From: Octopus bimaculoides
Taxonomy: Eukaryota
Length of the DNA: 63,452 nucleotides
Assembly (NCBI RefSeq): GCF_001194135.2
Contig: NC_068986.1
Coordinates: forward strand, 79,481,756 to 79,545,207
Direction: 5' to 3'
Below are positions 12,574 through 25,760 of the stretch, one piece after another (within the stretch, counting starts at the first letter, position 1; each line of letters opens with the position of its first letter). Below the pieces are notes generated by a model. That model saw only the letters and a list, made by a program, of their open reading frames with translations. It had not been told where the DNA came from and searched no databases. Made by a program: the position numbers and the translations under genes.

Positions 12574-13211
12574 AGGCGCAGTCATAGTTCGTGGTAAGAA
12601 TTTTGCCTCCCAACCACAAGGTTCTAGGTAGCACCTAGGCAAAGTTTTATCAAAGCCTTTTAAGCTTAGGTCTTCTCGTATATATATAATAGACACACAC
12701 ACGTGCTCGCACGCACACACACACACATATAATATATAATATATGTATATAGATGGATATATATATATGTGTGTGTGTGTGTTTGTTTGTTTCTCTGTGT
12801 GTGTGTGTGTGTGTGTGTGTTTGTTTCTGTGTGTGTGCGTGTGTATGTGTGCGTCTGTGTGTGTGTGTGTGTGTATATAACTATATGCGGGGTGGGGTTC
12901 ATAATAAATATATCTATGCGTCTGTGTACATTTATGTATCTATATATCTATGTATTTATGTGTGTACGCAGGTATGTATATATATGTATAGTGATGTATG
13001 TATTTTTTTGGTTTGTCCCCCAGCATTGCTAGACAACCGATGTTGGTTTCTTTACGTCCACCTTACCTTAGTCTTTCGTGAAGAAAACGATGTAATAAGC
13101 ACCAGAATTAACAAAATAATTACTAATGTCTATTCATTTGACTAAACCATTTCAAGGTGGTGCTACAGCATGAGCGCAATCCAGTAACTGAATCAAGTAT
13201 AAGATAAAAGA
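12574..13211 (+). mobile_element. tRNA-derived SINE (taggcgcagg... family) with expanded central TA/TG microsatellite
   Basis: Head taggcgcag...gtggtaag and 3' block gacaaccgatgttgg...ggtggtgctacagcatg match the copy at 50109-50570. Confidence 0.8.
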
Positions 13212-16200
13212 CATTTGGTGACGTTTTATGTTTTTACACTAGAATTTTTAGGGAGAGACGCCTCCAGAATCTATTTTATTTACTCAAAACGTGTTTCCAT
13301 TCTATAATTTTCTCTGTAGTTACTAAATATAGGGTGTTATGTCTCTATATTTTTTTTTTCACTTCATTTAGTAATGTTTTGTGGCGTTTCAATAATTTTC
13401 ACCATTACTGCTATACCTCACCCACTTTTACTTTCCTCTATATTTCTTCGCGATCAAACGAAACATCTGTGTTGTCACTCGATTTCCAGGATCTAGCTAT
13501 CAAACTTGCTCTGTGATAACACTCTACTCAAAAGGAGACATTAGATAATGTAGTCATACACACATTAAGTGTAAACGAGTAGAGATAGTCAGGAATGGAT
13601 TCTTATTTCTAGTTTATACGCCAAATGGAATATTGCCTCAATATTATGCCAAGAAGGCATAATTCGTAGTATTTTGGCAGAACATTTTATGAGAACACAT
13701 TTTGAAGTAATTTAAACTAAATAGTTTAATCCTAAAGATAACGAAAAGAAACATTGCATTTAGACTGTTTCCCTAAAAGAGTAGGAAATCCAAAACAGAT
13801 TTGTATTTGGAAAATAAGTGGAAACACAAATCTGCGAAATTACTCAAAATGTTATTACTAACATTAAATATCCAAACAGATTTCCCAAAACTAATAAAGA
13901 AATATTCTTGCTACAATTAGTATTCAAAATTTCCACGAAAACATCTCCAGAAAAATGAACAGAACAGATTTTCCTTTAGATATGTACAGAATGAATAACA
14001 TTGAGTGAAAAGTAATGAAGAGAATTTGGGGTGCTCATTCTTTCCATATAACGTGGAGCGAGCTTACATAAAATAAAAACTACTAAAATGTATAATTATT
14101 TTCAGCCTGTGTTCCATACACATTATAGATGTCACATAATATCCGAAGTATGTTTAGCGTTCCTTACATAAAAGCGCAGGCTCGATATAAATAGATACAA
14201 GTTATGTTTTTAAATTGATTTAATTGACTGCATATAGAAAGAACGTCGAAGCTTCTCTGTGTGTATTGAAGTATCTCAATAATTGTTGAAAAAGACCTTG
14301 CAGAAAAAGAAATACAAATCCAAATTTATTGCAAAATGAATAACGAAAATATAAAAATGCTTCAAGGCAACAAATTCTTAATGCGTATGCTTAACTGAAG
14401 ACACGCCACACACCTACCCACATACATAAGCACTCACACAAACACGCATGCACGGGCACACACACACACACATACGTACGCACACACACACACAAGGCTG
14501 TACAGATCAGATCGAAAAAGTTTACAATGGGAACAATAATTGTGATAGACGTCATTATAAACAGTAAGGGATCGATAAGATTAAGTAGAAGCAAAATACA
14601 AGGGTTTATTTGATCGACTAAAACCTCCTTTAAAATTGCAAGCCATGTGCCTATATAAGAAAAAGAATTATACAGGAGCAACTTTTTATTTCTATATTTT
14701 CAACGATTGTTTCATCAAGTGTAACATTTTTTCTTTTGGCGGCTTTTCTCAATTAATTATTTTGCTTAGAAAATCTGCTATAAATTTAACAAAACAAAAA
14801 TCGTTTTTATATATTTGCAAAGCGTTAACGCCATACTTTAGATAATTCAACTGTATGCCCAGGATTCTTGCATTTGTTTCTCGACTTACAGAAATGCAAA
14901 CTGAAAGTACGATTATAGCATTAAAAAACAATACATAGTACGCAATAATAAAAGTATTTTCCTTCTATATTTCCCCTATTCCTTTTACAGTTAGATATTT
15001 ACATTCAAAATAACTACACAATGATAAAGATCATTTAAGTTTAACCAAATAAGATTTTCTACATATTTGGCACGCGGGCAATCTCTGTCACACAGCTTAT
15101 ATTTATATGTCACGATTTTCGATACTATAAAAATAAGTAACGACACTTTCTTTTGGTGTTTAAAATACGTTAGGTTGTAAGGTGTTTATGCTTTTTCCTC
15201 CAAATTAACGGCTTGAACATGAGAGTATTTGATATAAATAGCAAATCAAAGTTAAGATGTGATTTTCAAGAAAATTATCTCTTTTTCGTCGGTGTCTATC
15301 ACTCTAAAACTGCCAATATCACTTTCTTTTTCCTATAGTACAAATACATTAAACACTGCATAGAGGTTTCTGGAAGATGGCAATCAAGGATGTCCCATAT
15401 ATCTACTAAGCATCCATAATTTCTACCGTTGAATATAATGACCAATATTTAGCAACAAACCAAAGGGGATAATATACCAGTCATTAAGGGATTATGCATA
15501 TAATTCTCTCTATGTGCCAGTGATACCAACTTCAGGTATCCCTCAAATCACACCCAACCATTTTATGAAAGCAATGACACATTAGACAAGATATTTCTAT
15601 GCAGATCATACCACTTTCTTTATTCTTCTAAAACCTTTTGTACAGGCATTATCCATACACAACCAAAACAGACCTTTCAACTCAAATCTCCACCTGCCGC
15701 TGTGAAGAGGCAGGTCGAGATTTGGAAATATTCGGAAATATTCTCTGTTGGATACATATCAATCTTGTGTCTTTCAGTAGCACAAATATGCAATAATTAC
15801 ACTAATCAGGGAAATAATCTTGTTTCCTTTCTTCCCGGGTCTTAGACAACACGCAACTAAAACCGTCAATGTTAATAAAAATGCTAGACCTCACAATTAT
15901 TGATTAACTCTTCGGATGATCTCACATTCATAACCACACAAATTGCATCGCATAAAGTAATTGTCTTCTTCAAAACTATAATGCAGCTCATTTCGCAAGA
16001 GCTACAGGTTCTTCATCAAATTTAAGTAACACCCATAATGGAAACTGCTGCTATATTTTTGTAATAGTGTTTGTGGTGTTCTTGTTGCATACATTAATAT
16101 TTTAGACTGCGCCTAAGTGAAAGCTAGCAAGTATAGTGTCGTGAAACTAATCATCCCATCCAACTACCGCTGCTACGATGACCGCTGATGCTTGGAGATA

Positions 16201-16286
16201 GCTGACAGCATATAATCTACACGAAAACGTATACATGAACGCACACACACATTCACAATGCACAAATTCACAACAAACAAACAAGT

Positions 16287-16355
<69 letters not shown>

Positions 16356-17159
16356 CATACCAGGCTCACTACTTTCTAATTCTCTGAAATTTTGTCTACC
16401 GCATCTTCCATCGTACTTGCCCATGTTCTTCCAACCGTTCTCAACTTGTAGTTATTCAAGACGAGCATCGATGTCATGAAGCTCACTGGTCTTGGAATAT
16501 ATGCAAAGGTTATGGGAAGGGTCCTTTCCGCTCGAATAAATGTAAAATCAAAGAAAAAATATGCACTATGCCAGAAAATAATTAAAGAAACTGATGATCA
16601 CAGTTGGAACATCTTTGATACAATGTATGACAAGTGCTAACCTGTAACCAATCACCGCTCCTCCTACAAAACGAACATCACCTGCTGTAGCACCAATATC
16701 GCTTTCATCACCATCACCACTGTCCCCATCATCATCTCCACCATCAACAATAAACATAGTAAAACAATAAGTAAAAAAAAAAAACAATATGAAGAGCAGC
16801 GACATGCTCAACGTGACACTCATGTCACATAGAAGAGCTGCCTTGAAATTTGTTTTGGCATCTAACATACACTCAATAAAGATGATTTAAATGACATAAG
16901 AGCAATTTCTTTCATTGGCTACCTCTTGTTTTCGGTATATTTGATCTGAGCCTATTGCAGCTAATCAAAGACAATAAAGTCCATTCAAAGGAACCTCTAT
17001 GCCATCGCTCGACATGCTAAAGATAGTAACCAAAGCCGTTTAAAATCACTACCTGTCGGTTTAAAACAAAAGCAAGAATACACTAAATAATTTAATCCTA
17101 TAATCATCTAGTACGACCTGATGCCCTTCAATGAAATGTCTTGCACCATAATTCAAGTA

Positions 17160-17310
17160 GAGAAGAAGAAGAAGAAGAAGAAGAAGAAGAAGAAGAAGAA
17201 GAAGAAGAAGAAGAAGAAGAAGAAGAAGAAGAAGAAGAAGGAGGAGGAGGAGGAGGAGGAGGAGGAGGAGGAGAAGAAGAAGAAGAACAACAACAACAAC
17301 AACAACAACA
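17160..17310. repeat. Compound trinucleotide repeat (GAA)n(GGA)n(GAA)n(CAA)n
   Basis: Direct reading. Confidence 0.95.
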
Positions 17311-17510
17311 TCGACATTTGAAGGATGTTTGTAACTCTAGAACACAAGGGAATAAATATAAAGCAATTTCTTTTGTTTATTTCAGTTGTAGGATTAAGAC
17401 AGTTGCATAATAATTTAAATATTTGCATAACAATTCCTTGCAGAAATGAAAAAAATACAATAATCGATGATTGCAAGCAAGTGTGCGATAAAAAATAAAT
17501 TAAGACGGAA

Positions 17511-17782
17511 TTTATAATTATCTTTCTGATAAATTAAGTTATAATACTAGTTCTCAAAATTTTGGTAGGTTTTCCAATAATTGACAAAAATTTTGAACAA
17601 GATTAGCACATAATTTCCCAATAGTTTTTTTTTAAATGGAGATGCAGTGACCGGATAGATATGAAATTACTTACTTGTGCATGTATATTGCATGCATTTG
17701 TGCCAGAGATTAAGTTCAATTTTACTTGACTAAGTCAGTTAAGAGCTCTTCTCAGAAGTTTTTTTTTTTCTGATAACTTGAT
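17511..17782 (+). repeat. ~270-bp direct repeat, copy 1
   Basis: Colinear and highly similar to 18664-18934. Confidence 0.9.
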
Positions 17783-18663
17783 GCCAATAAACTATTGGCA
17801 AATATTGGATAAACAATGTACTGAGGCACCGAAGAAGTAATTATATGTGTCTCAGAAAGTTTAAGTAATTGATAATCACAACGTTTTCATCGTATGCATG
17901 AATCGATGAGTGGGATAGTTATACAGGAAATTAACTTAGTGATTTAAGTGTGACAAGAAAATGAAGCGGGGGAGAAAAGAATGGTGACAAGAAGAATAAG
18001 TAGACGATTCTTTGTTTCTTGGGAAGGTCATAATGAAAATAATAAATACACGCATTGGTTTAATTTCACTTTTTTATTGTTCCTCAAGTGATTAACTATT
18101 TAACCAACTAAGTAATCGATTGTTTGATTAATCATCCGGTTAAATAGCCAATGACTTGTGTTTGCCAAAGTTTTCATCATCATACACTACCACTTCAGTG
18201 ACATGCTTTTTTTTATTCCAGGCCACCTTCAAGTATTTGAAAGAATATACCTAGATATGTAACCAACATTTCATCATCTTCGCTAGCACATAAAAAACGG
18301 TCATTCAACAGCATCAATGCAATGCAGATCAACATCAAATTTCTTCAGAGGAGTCAAGAAAAAGCAATGCAAGTGGGTGGCAAAGGCATAGTGCTTATGT
18401 GTAAATGATGCTTACCGATCAGAAGTTTTCATGTTCTCAATCCATATCCGTATAATGAAGTGAAAACTTAACCGTATGGTATGGTATGACATAATAAAGA
18501 ATAAGCCGTTGTTGTGGAATGCAATATAGAGTGAGTACATGAAATGAATTGTTTAAAATATGAGGAACTCAGGAAGTATGGTAAGGGAAAATGATGGCAA
18601 CGCACAATATTTCCAGTGGAGGTGTTATGTTTCGCGTTTATAGCTAGATCTAAGATACCCTAC

Positions 18664-18934
18664 TTTATAATTATCTTTCTGATAAATTTAGTTCTAATAG
18701 TAGTTCTCAAATTTTGGTAAGTTTTTCCAATAATTGACAAAAATTTTGAACAAGATTAGCACATAATTTCCCAATAGTTTTTTAAAAACTGGAAATGCAG
18801 TGACCTGACAGATATAAAATTACTTACTTGTGCATGTATATTGCATGCATCTATGTCAGAGATTAAGTTCAATTTTACTTGACTAAGTCAAGAGCTCTTC
18901 TCAGGAGTTTATTTTTTTTTCCTGATAACTTAAT
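18664..18934 (+). repeat. ~270-bp direct repeat, copy 2
   Basis: Colinear and highly similar to 17511-17782. Confidence 0.9.
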
Positions 18935-20367
18935 GGTTTGTGAACTGCAGACAGAAGCAGAAAATGCTTCAACATGGAAGCGGCAGAGGTGATAGAAAGA
19001 AAAAACTGATAATGAAAAAGAAATCCTAAGCAAGTATTAAAATGAACATTTTGGGGTAATAATAATATGAATCGTTATTACGTGACACAACTTTACATTT
19101 AATATTTCCAATACTGTTGTCCTATGCATGAACAGACAGCACAATAGATTGTGTAGTACAGAAAATTAGAGTAGGGATTTAAATACTTATTAATAAAGAG
19201 GAGAAAGACATTGGGGGCAAGTAGAATAAAAAGAAAGAAGTGGAGTAGGAAAGGAAAGTTGAGGAGTTTAATATGTAAGATTGCGACAACAATGGTAACA
19301 CTGGGAAAATAATAACAGATATCGAGACAACAAGGGAGCATGCATCTCTACATCAAGTAAACAGATCATTATTCCAACTCCTCTAGAATATGTCTAACAA
19401 CACTTATTTCGTGGCAGCTGTGAGGTATGCTGTAGCTGTCCCTAATTCACAAAAAATATGGTCGTAAAAGAAATCAAGGAATTCGGACAACGGTGACATC
19501 CATCCCATCCATCCCAGACATACTAACATCTTTTAGCCCTTAATCTACCAGGAATCAAAACTGCAGATGTGACCGCCGATCACGGTTTCATCGCTTTGCT
19601 CGTAATTTATACAGGTTTAGAACATGGTTCTTCCATGTCCTTAAAATTTATTCCAAACTGGTAGCACTGACAGGACAGAGATTTTGGAAATATTTTCATT
19701 GTAATTAGACCAGAAGTTGGTCTTCTTTGACGCTGAGTCTCCCTGAAAACGTCATCGCTGAAATCTGCCATTAATTCTCTATAGAACACTAAAGCTACTA
19801 CAATTATATTACATGACTGTATTGTGGTTCTAGTTACTGCAGAAAGCGTAGTTCACACGGTGAGCACATACCATGACATGTAACCAATAGCATTCAAAGG
19901 GATCTGGTACGCGCACCAATCAATACATCCTAACACATACACTACACAAATCAACACCCTATAAAATGACACAACACGTATTCTTGCATAATCAATACCC
20001 AACGTTATAACACTAGCAGTTCATGCAAATCACATGCTACATGATTTTCACTAAATAATATCTAGCAACAAACTAACACAACACGTTCACCATACAATTA
20101 CCATGCTGCCCGAAAACACAAAACACCAATCCTACAGCTAAAATGAAACAGCCAATACCCAACAAAATAGCAGTTGATATGGCACATTGTCTGTACAACA
20201 GGCATACCTCTGAAAATACGTCATATATAACAAATTACACCCAACAATAATTCTTTCTACTACAGACACAAAGTCTAAATATGCGTGTGTGTGCGCGCGC
20301 ACGTGTGTTGTTGTGGGAGAATAGTCGAGTACATCAAATGGGCTTATTTCATAGATCGCGAATTCCT

Positions 20368-20474
20368 GAAAGGCAAAGTCGACGTCAGGTGAATTTGAAC
20401 TTAAACGCAAAGCCAGAAGAAATTCCGCTTAGTATTTCTACAGTGTGATAACGATTCTGCCAATTCGCTACCTT
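20368..20474 (-). mobile_element. SINE 5' fragment (ggcggcgagctggcagaatcgttagc family)
   Basis: gaaaggcaaagtcgac...aatttgaact...taacgattctgccaattcgc matches 38413-38616 in reverse. Confidence 0.75.
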
Positions 20475-21149
20475 AAACCCCAACAATATTACAAAACAGC
20501 TGTTGTATATAAGGAGAATTGTAAGTTCCCAGAAGACAACGCTGCATATATGTAAGAAATATGGGCACACAAATAGGGGTCTTGTAAAATCCCATATTAA
20601 TCAGTCAAATGCATGATGATGATGATGATTATGATGATTATGATGATGATGACATAAATGCTGTTATCAAACAACTTATTTTTTAAAAAAATCAAGATTA
20701 CAGAATTATAGAGGGGGGATGTTAATATAGTGTAACGATAATGGTTTTCTGGCTATACTTATTATCATTGTTAACGTAATTATGAACATGCCCCGTAGGA
20801 AACTTAATATCAGAGCGCCCGTCACCTGATAGACTTATGCGTTAAATAGATATAAAGATAAATATTTATCTCACAGAATAGACAAACAAACAAACTCATT
20901 TGCTTGACCTTTATTAATTGAAGTTATCCAGCACTAACTTATCTTGTGAATTTATAGAAGGGGTAAGTGATGTTGAAACATTCTTGTTTTTACCAACAGT
21001 AATTAGCAATACAAGAACAAGAGTTACAATCAAGTATTGAATTAGGCAATGCCATAAATTCTGTTAACCGGAAATTTTGCAGCTACTTACAGGTGCCCCC
21101 TACCTCTTTTATCCGCACATCAAAGGCTTAGAAGTAGTCTGTGCTTATG

Positions 21150-21255
<106 letters not shown>

Positions 21256-22185
21256 CTTTCAAATATTATATATATATATATATATGTACATACACACACA
21301 TATATATATATATTTCAGCACAGATTCAGGGCGTGTTCTGCGTAATACGCGCGCGCGCGACATACACACAAACACTCATACACACAAACACACACACACA
21401 CACGTACACACACACAACACTACACAACACAATACCGTTTTCAATTCTCTCAGTCTGCAAAATGCCAACTTATACGAAAATTCTCAATCACAAAGATGAA
21501 ATGTTTCTGGAATACCCTTAATAAAAATGTATACTCTACGAATGCACTGAGTTCGTATTCTTCAGTAGGTTAGCCATTCTTATCATTATATGTTTTCGTA
21601 ATACAGATTTCGAGCATAACCATGGAGAACATATGCTTGTAACAGGTGTGATACCATTTCTAATAGAGACCTTCCAGCTTCTGCTTAACCCTAATTTGGT
21701 TTCAAAATTTTTGTCGCAAATGTAGTACATAATTCGATTAAGAATCACACCAACTGTAGATCAGTCCTTGTGCATTTGTCCAAAATTGTTTTATGCTCCA
21801 AATTATTTTGATTTCGAGATTAAAGTAACCAGCTGGTTTTGACGGGGCCGTTGTAGTTATATTCATAGAAACATCCACTCATGATACTCAGATGTATGAC
21901 CCGGCATACATGACAGCTACGGCTTTTGACACTGCAGTGCGATTACAGTGCGATCACAGTGCGCAAATAAGATTATCTCAAGTTCCTTGAACTTCAACAT
22001 TGAAGTTACAGGAGATTATGCTTAACTATGTGATGGACAATTTGAACTTTCTCAAACTGCTTGTTATTTTGCCAAGTTACCACTTACTTTTGTAGACTAC
22101 CACTTACTTTTTTCCAGTGCGAGAAGTTTCTAATGAACAATATTGAAGCTCAAAGATTTAATGTTTAACTAAGTCTAATGCAGCA

Positions 22186-22265
22186 CAGTCCGACGATGGC
22201 TTAGCTGACCGAACCCCCGAAGTCACTGCCAACAATATTCTTGTATAAGATTAATAAATTTGTAC
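22186..22265 (+). repeat. Dispersed repeat end with hammerhead-like CCGACGA motif, copy 1
   Basis: cagtccgacgatggcttagctgaccgaa...aacaatattcttgtataagattaataaa matches 30549-30613. Confidence 0.7.
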
Positions 22266-22319
22266 TTTTCATTAACGTACAATAGTTTTTATTATAACAG
22301 GACATAAAAACAAACATTG

Positions 22320-22361
<42 letters not shown>

Positions 22362-22365
<4 letters not shown>

Positions 22366-22492
22366 CTTGTTTCAATCATTTGACTGCGGCCATGCTGGAG
22401 CACCGCGTTTAGTCGAACAAATCGACCCTAGGAATTATTCTTAGTAAGCCTAATATTTACTCTATCGGTCAATTTTGCCGAACCACTAGGAC
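22362..22492 (-). mobile_element. 3' half of a taggcgcagg-family SINE
   Basis: Reverse complement matches 50420-50550 (ggttcggcaaaa...gcggtgctccagcatggcc...tgaaaca). Confidence 0.85.
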
Positions 22493-23480
22493 GTGAAGCA
22501 GCTGAAACTGCTCATGATATGACCAGTGAGTGGTCAGATCGAAAACGGTTTGAACGATGTCGAAGTGGAGACTTGAGCCTTGAAGATAGTTACCGTATTG
22601 GACACCCATTTGTCATAGGTGACCGTCGATTAAAGACCTTCATTGAGAAAGATCTACGTAAAAACCACTCAAGAAAAACTTTAAGTTAGCCATAAAAATG
22701 CCTGAAACCATTTGCGTGCGATCGGAAAATAAAAAGAGCTTGACAAAAGGGTGCCACACGATTTGAATGAAAATCAGAAAATGCGCAGATATGAAATTTG
22801 CTCGTCACTTCTTCTCCGTAACTAGTCCGATCCATTTCTTGACCGTATCGTAACTTGCGAGGAAAAGTGGATTCTGTACAATAATGAAAAACGTTCTTCG
22901 CAGTTATTGTACCAAAATGAAAGCACTGAAAACCTTCCATTAACCCAAGCTCTTTAAAAAGAAGCATGTGACTGTTTGGTGATGTACTGCTGGACTCATC
23001 CACTATAACTTCTTAAAACCCGGAAAAACCATCATTGCAGAAACATATTGCCATTAAATTGCCAAAATAAACGAAGAACTGCTACTCTTCCGTTCCAGAT
23101 TGGTCAACAGAAGAGTGCTAATCATTCTTCATGACAATGCTCGATCACACGTTTCACTAATGACACTCCAGAAGTTGAGGGGACTTGTCTACGAAGTTCT
23201 TCCCCACCCAGCTTATTCCCAAGACCTTTCTCCTACCGACTGCCACTTTTTCAAGCATCTTGATGGTTTCCTGTAAAAGGGGTAAAAAAATCAACCTGAT
23301 GCTGAAAGTGTGTTCAAAGAGTTTATCAACTCCAGAACACCAGATTTTTATATTACTGGAATAAAGAAATTGTGACTCGTTGCTAAAATGTGTTGATTGT
23401 AATGGTACTTACTTACGTTGAAATATATTGTGATGAATTTCATGTTCCAAAATGTAGCTTACTTTTTACTCAGCCTGATA
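22493..23480 (+). mobile_element. Decayed mariner transposon, 5' truncated, right TIR present
   Basis: Broken frames give DRIVTC(D>E)EKWILYNN, ILHDNARSHVS and PAYSQDLSPTDCHFFKHLD, then a mariner-type terminus cttactttttactcagcctgata. Confidence 0.9.
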
Positions 23481-23485
23481 TATGT

Positions 23486-23640
23486 ACATACGACGGTCTT
23501 CTTTCAGTTTCTGTCTACCAAATGCGCTCAGAAGTCATTGGTCGGCCCGAGGTTATAGTAGAGGACACTTGCGCAAGGTGCCACGTTGTGAGACTGAATC
23601 TGGAACCATATCGCCAGGGAAGCAAGCTTCTTTATTTCAT
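23486..23640 (-). mobile_element. 5' half of the same SINE family as 22362-22492
   Basis: Reverse complement matches 50130-50280 (gtggcaccttg...ctactata...aaactgaaagaag...cgtcgta). Confidence 0.85.
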
Positions 23641-23789
23641 TACATTTACCATAATGCCATAATACAGATGGAAGCTGGACACAGACACAATGATGATGAT
23701 GGAATGAAAAAGAAGATGGTTGGTGGGGGAAGCTGCCAACTCCCGCCTATTGTTACTTCTCGATAACATTGTTCTTTTTAAAAATCACA

Positions 23790-23945
23790 AATGAGGTGTT
23801 GAACCTTTCACAACTGTTGCAAATTGAGGTGCTGAGCCTCTTACCAATCAAAACAAAGTTCAGTAAATATATTCAACTTGAGGTGCTAAGCCTCTTACCA
23901 AAATCACCAAGTTCGAATTGGGGCACTAAGACCTCTTACTCTACC
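23790..23945 (+). repeat. Degenerate tandem repeat of ttgaggtgct(g/a)agcctcttacc (4 copies, uneven spacing)
   Basis: Copies begin near 23793, 23826, 23880 and 23920. Confidence 0.75.
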
Positions 23946-24718
23946 TCCCCGATTAAGTCTCATGCCGCCTGCAGGCAATCCTGCTGTTGTAAACCGGGAC
24001 CCCATAAGAGATAATTGTGCAGATCACTCGATGAGGAACCATTGTTACTTACCTTCTTCCGCTTTCTTTCTTTTCTTTTTTGTGCGGTCAACCTCCTGCA
24101 TGACTTCCGCTTTCTCCNNNNNNNNNNNNNNNNNNNNNNNNNNNNNNNNNNNNNNNNNNNNNNNNNNNNNNNNNNNNNNNNNNNNNNNNNNNNNNNNNNN
24201 NNNNNNNNNNNNNNNNNNNNNNNNNNNNNNNNNNNNNNNNNNNNNNNNNNNNNNNNNNNNNNNNNNNNNNNNNNNNNNNNNNNNNNNNNNNNNNNNNNNN
24301 NNNNNNNNNNNNNNNNNNNNNNNNNNNNNNNNNNNNNNNNNNNNNNNNNNNNNNNNNNNNNNNNNNNNNNNNNNNNNNNNNNNNNNNNNNNNNNNNNNNT
24401 ATATACACGCATGCGTATATATACATGCATATATAGAAATATAGTAATATATATCGGTACACGCACAAATACGCTCGCATATATAGCTACACACATGTAG
24501 ATTGGTACAGAGCTGTACTTATAAATTTCTCAAGCAATCATTTCTCTTTGATTTCGATTCTGTATCTTGCCTGTCTCTCTATATCTCTCCTTTTATGTAA
24601 ATATATATGCATGCATAGACAAACATATATACAGACACACACATATAAATATACGATTGACCGTTGACTGAACACTATTCAATTTTTTTTCTCCGTGTTT
24701 TTCTCCTTGTCTCCGTAT

Positions 24719-24755
24719 TCTTTCTGTTGAAGAGCGTAGCTCGAAACGTCAAAGA
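24719..24755 (+). ncRNA. Minimal hammerhead-like motif with non-canonical CUGUUGAA core
   Basis: tcttt-CTGTTGA-A-GAGC-gta-GCTC-GAAAC-GTC-aaaga; stem I 5 bp, stem II 4 bp, stem III palindrome ACGT. It lies inside a ~190-bp repeat (24655-24846) also seen at ~34000-34190 and ~29490-29600. Confidence 0.55.
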
Positions 24756-25225
24756 CTTTCCGTATTCCCGAGCGTCATACTAATATATACTTTTGTTATT
24801 TACACCACCTGTCCTCGTCTGTTGTTATTTTTTGTATATTCTCCCATATATATATATATATATATATATANNNNNNNNNNNNNNNNNNNNNNNNNNNNNN
24901 NNNNNNNNNNNNNNNNNNNNNNNNNNNNNNNNNNNNNNNNNNNNNNNNNNNNNNNNNNNNNNNNNNNNNNNNNNNNNNNNNNNNNNNNNNNNNNNNNNNN
25001 NNNNNNNNNNNNNNNNNNNNNNNNNNNNNNNNNNNNNNNNNNNNNNNNNNNNNNNNNNNNNNNNNNNNNNNNNNNNNNNNNNNNNNNNNNNNNNNNNNNN
25101 NNNNNNNNNNNNNNNNNNNNNNNNNNNNNNNNNNNNNNNNNNNNNNNNNNNNNNNNNNNNNNNNNNNNNNNNNNNNNNNNNNNNNNNNNNNNNNNNNNNN
25201 NNNNTATACACACTCACACACACAC

Positions 25226-25266
<41 letters not shown>

Positions 25267-25636
25267 TATATGCATGCATGTGTATGTGTTTATAAAACCA
25301 CTCCATCCTAATGACTGCCTAGTTACTTGGCACGACATCTACGTTGTAGTTGAACGCGTCCAGGAAATGGTATTTTTTGCACACATCACTTACTATTGTA
25401 ATCTACAAGCTATTTATGGTGTTATCATAACGGTTACCAAACCGAACAATATGAAATCTCAGACACTCGTGTCTACAGGTTTAGACTTGGTTAATTCATC
25501 CAGCAACACTCAGCAGTCTTTGTGCACACTTAATAATATGAATTTGTTTAAAAATATACTTTAGACCGTATATCACCGATTGTGCCATTGCATCGAAGTT
25601 TAAGACAACACCTATACGCACATAAAGACTAACAAT

Positions 25637-25653
25637 CCGCACTCACACACGCT

Positions 25654-25734
<81 letters not shown>

Positions 25735-25760
25735 AAACACATTCACACACACACACACAT
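25637..25760. repeat. (CA)n microsatellite
   Basis: Direct reading. Confidence 0.95.

Noticed and set aside
13590-13990. Possible Penelope RT-thumb relic
   Set aside because: Only compositional resemblance; no motif readable with confidence.
14107-14148. 42-nt ag/gt-bounded open segment (PVFHTHYRCHIISE)
   Set aside because: Weak donor context, unremarkable peptide, expected by chance.
15680-15780. Hairpin aaatctc-acctgcc/ggcaggt-gagattt with a tgaagagg motif
   Set aside because: The hairpin is real, but there is no GAAA half or stem I, so it cannot be called a hammerhead.
23790-23945. CRISPR-like repeat-spacer array
   Set aside because: Eukaryotic context, degenerate repeats, linkers partly homologous, no cas genes.
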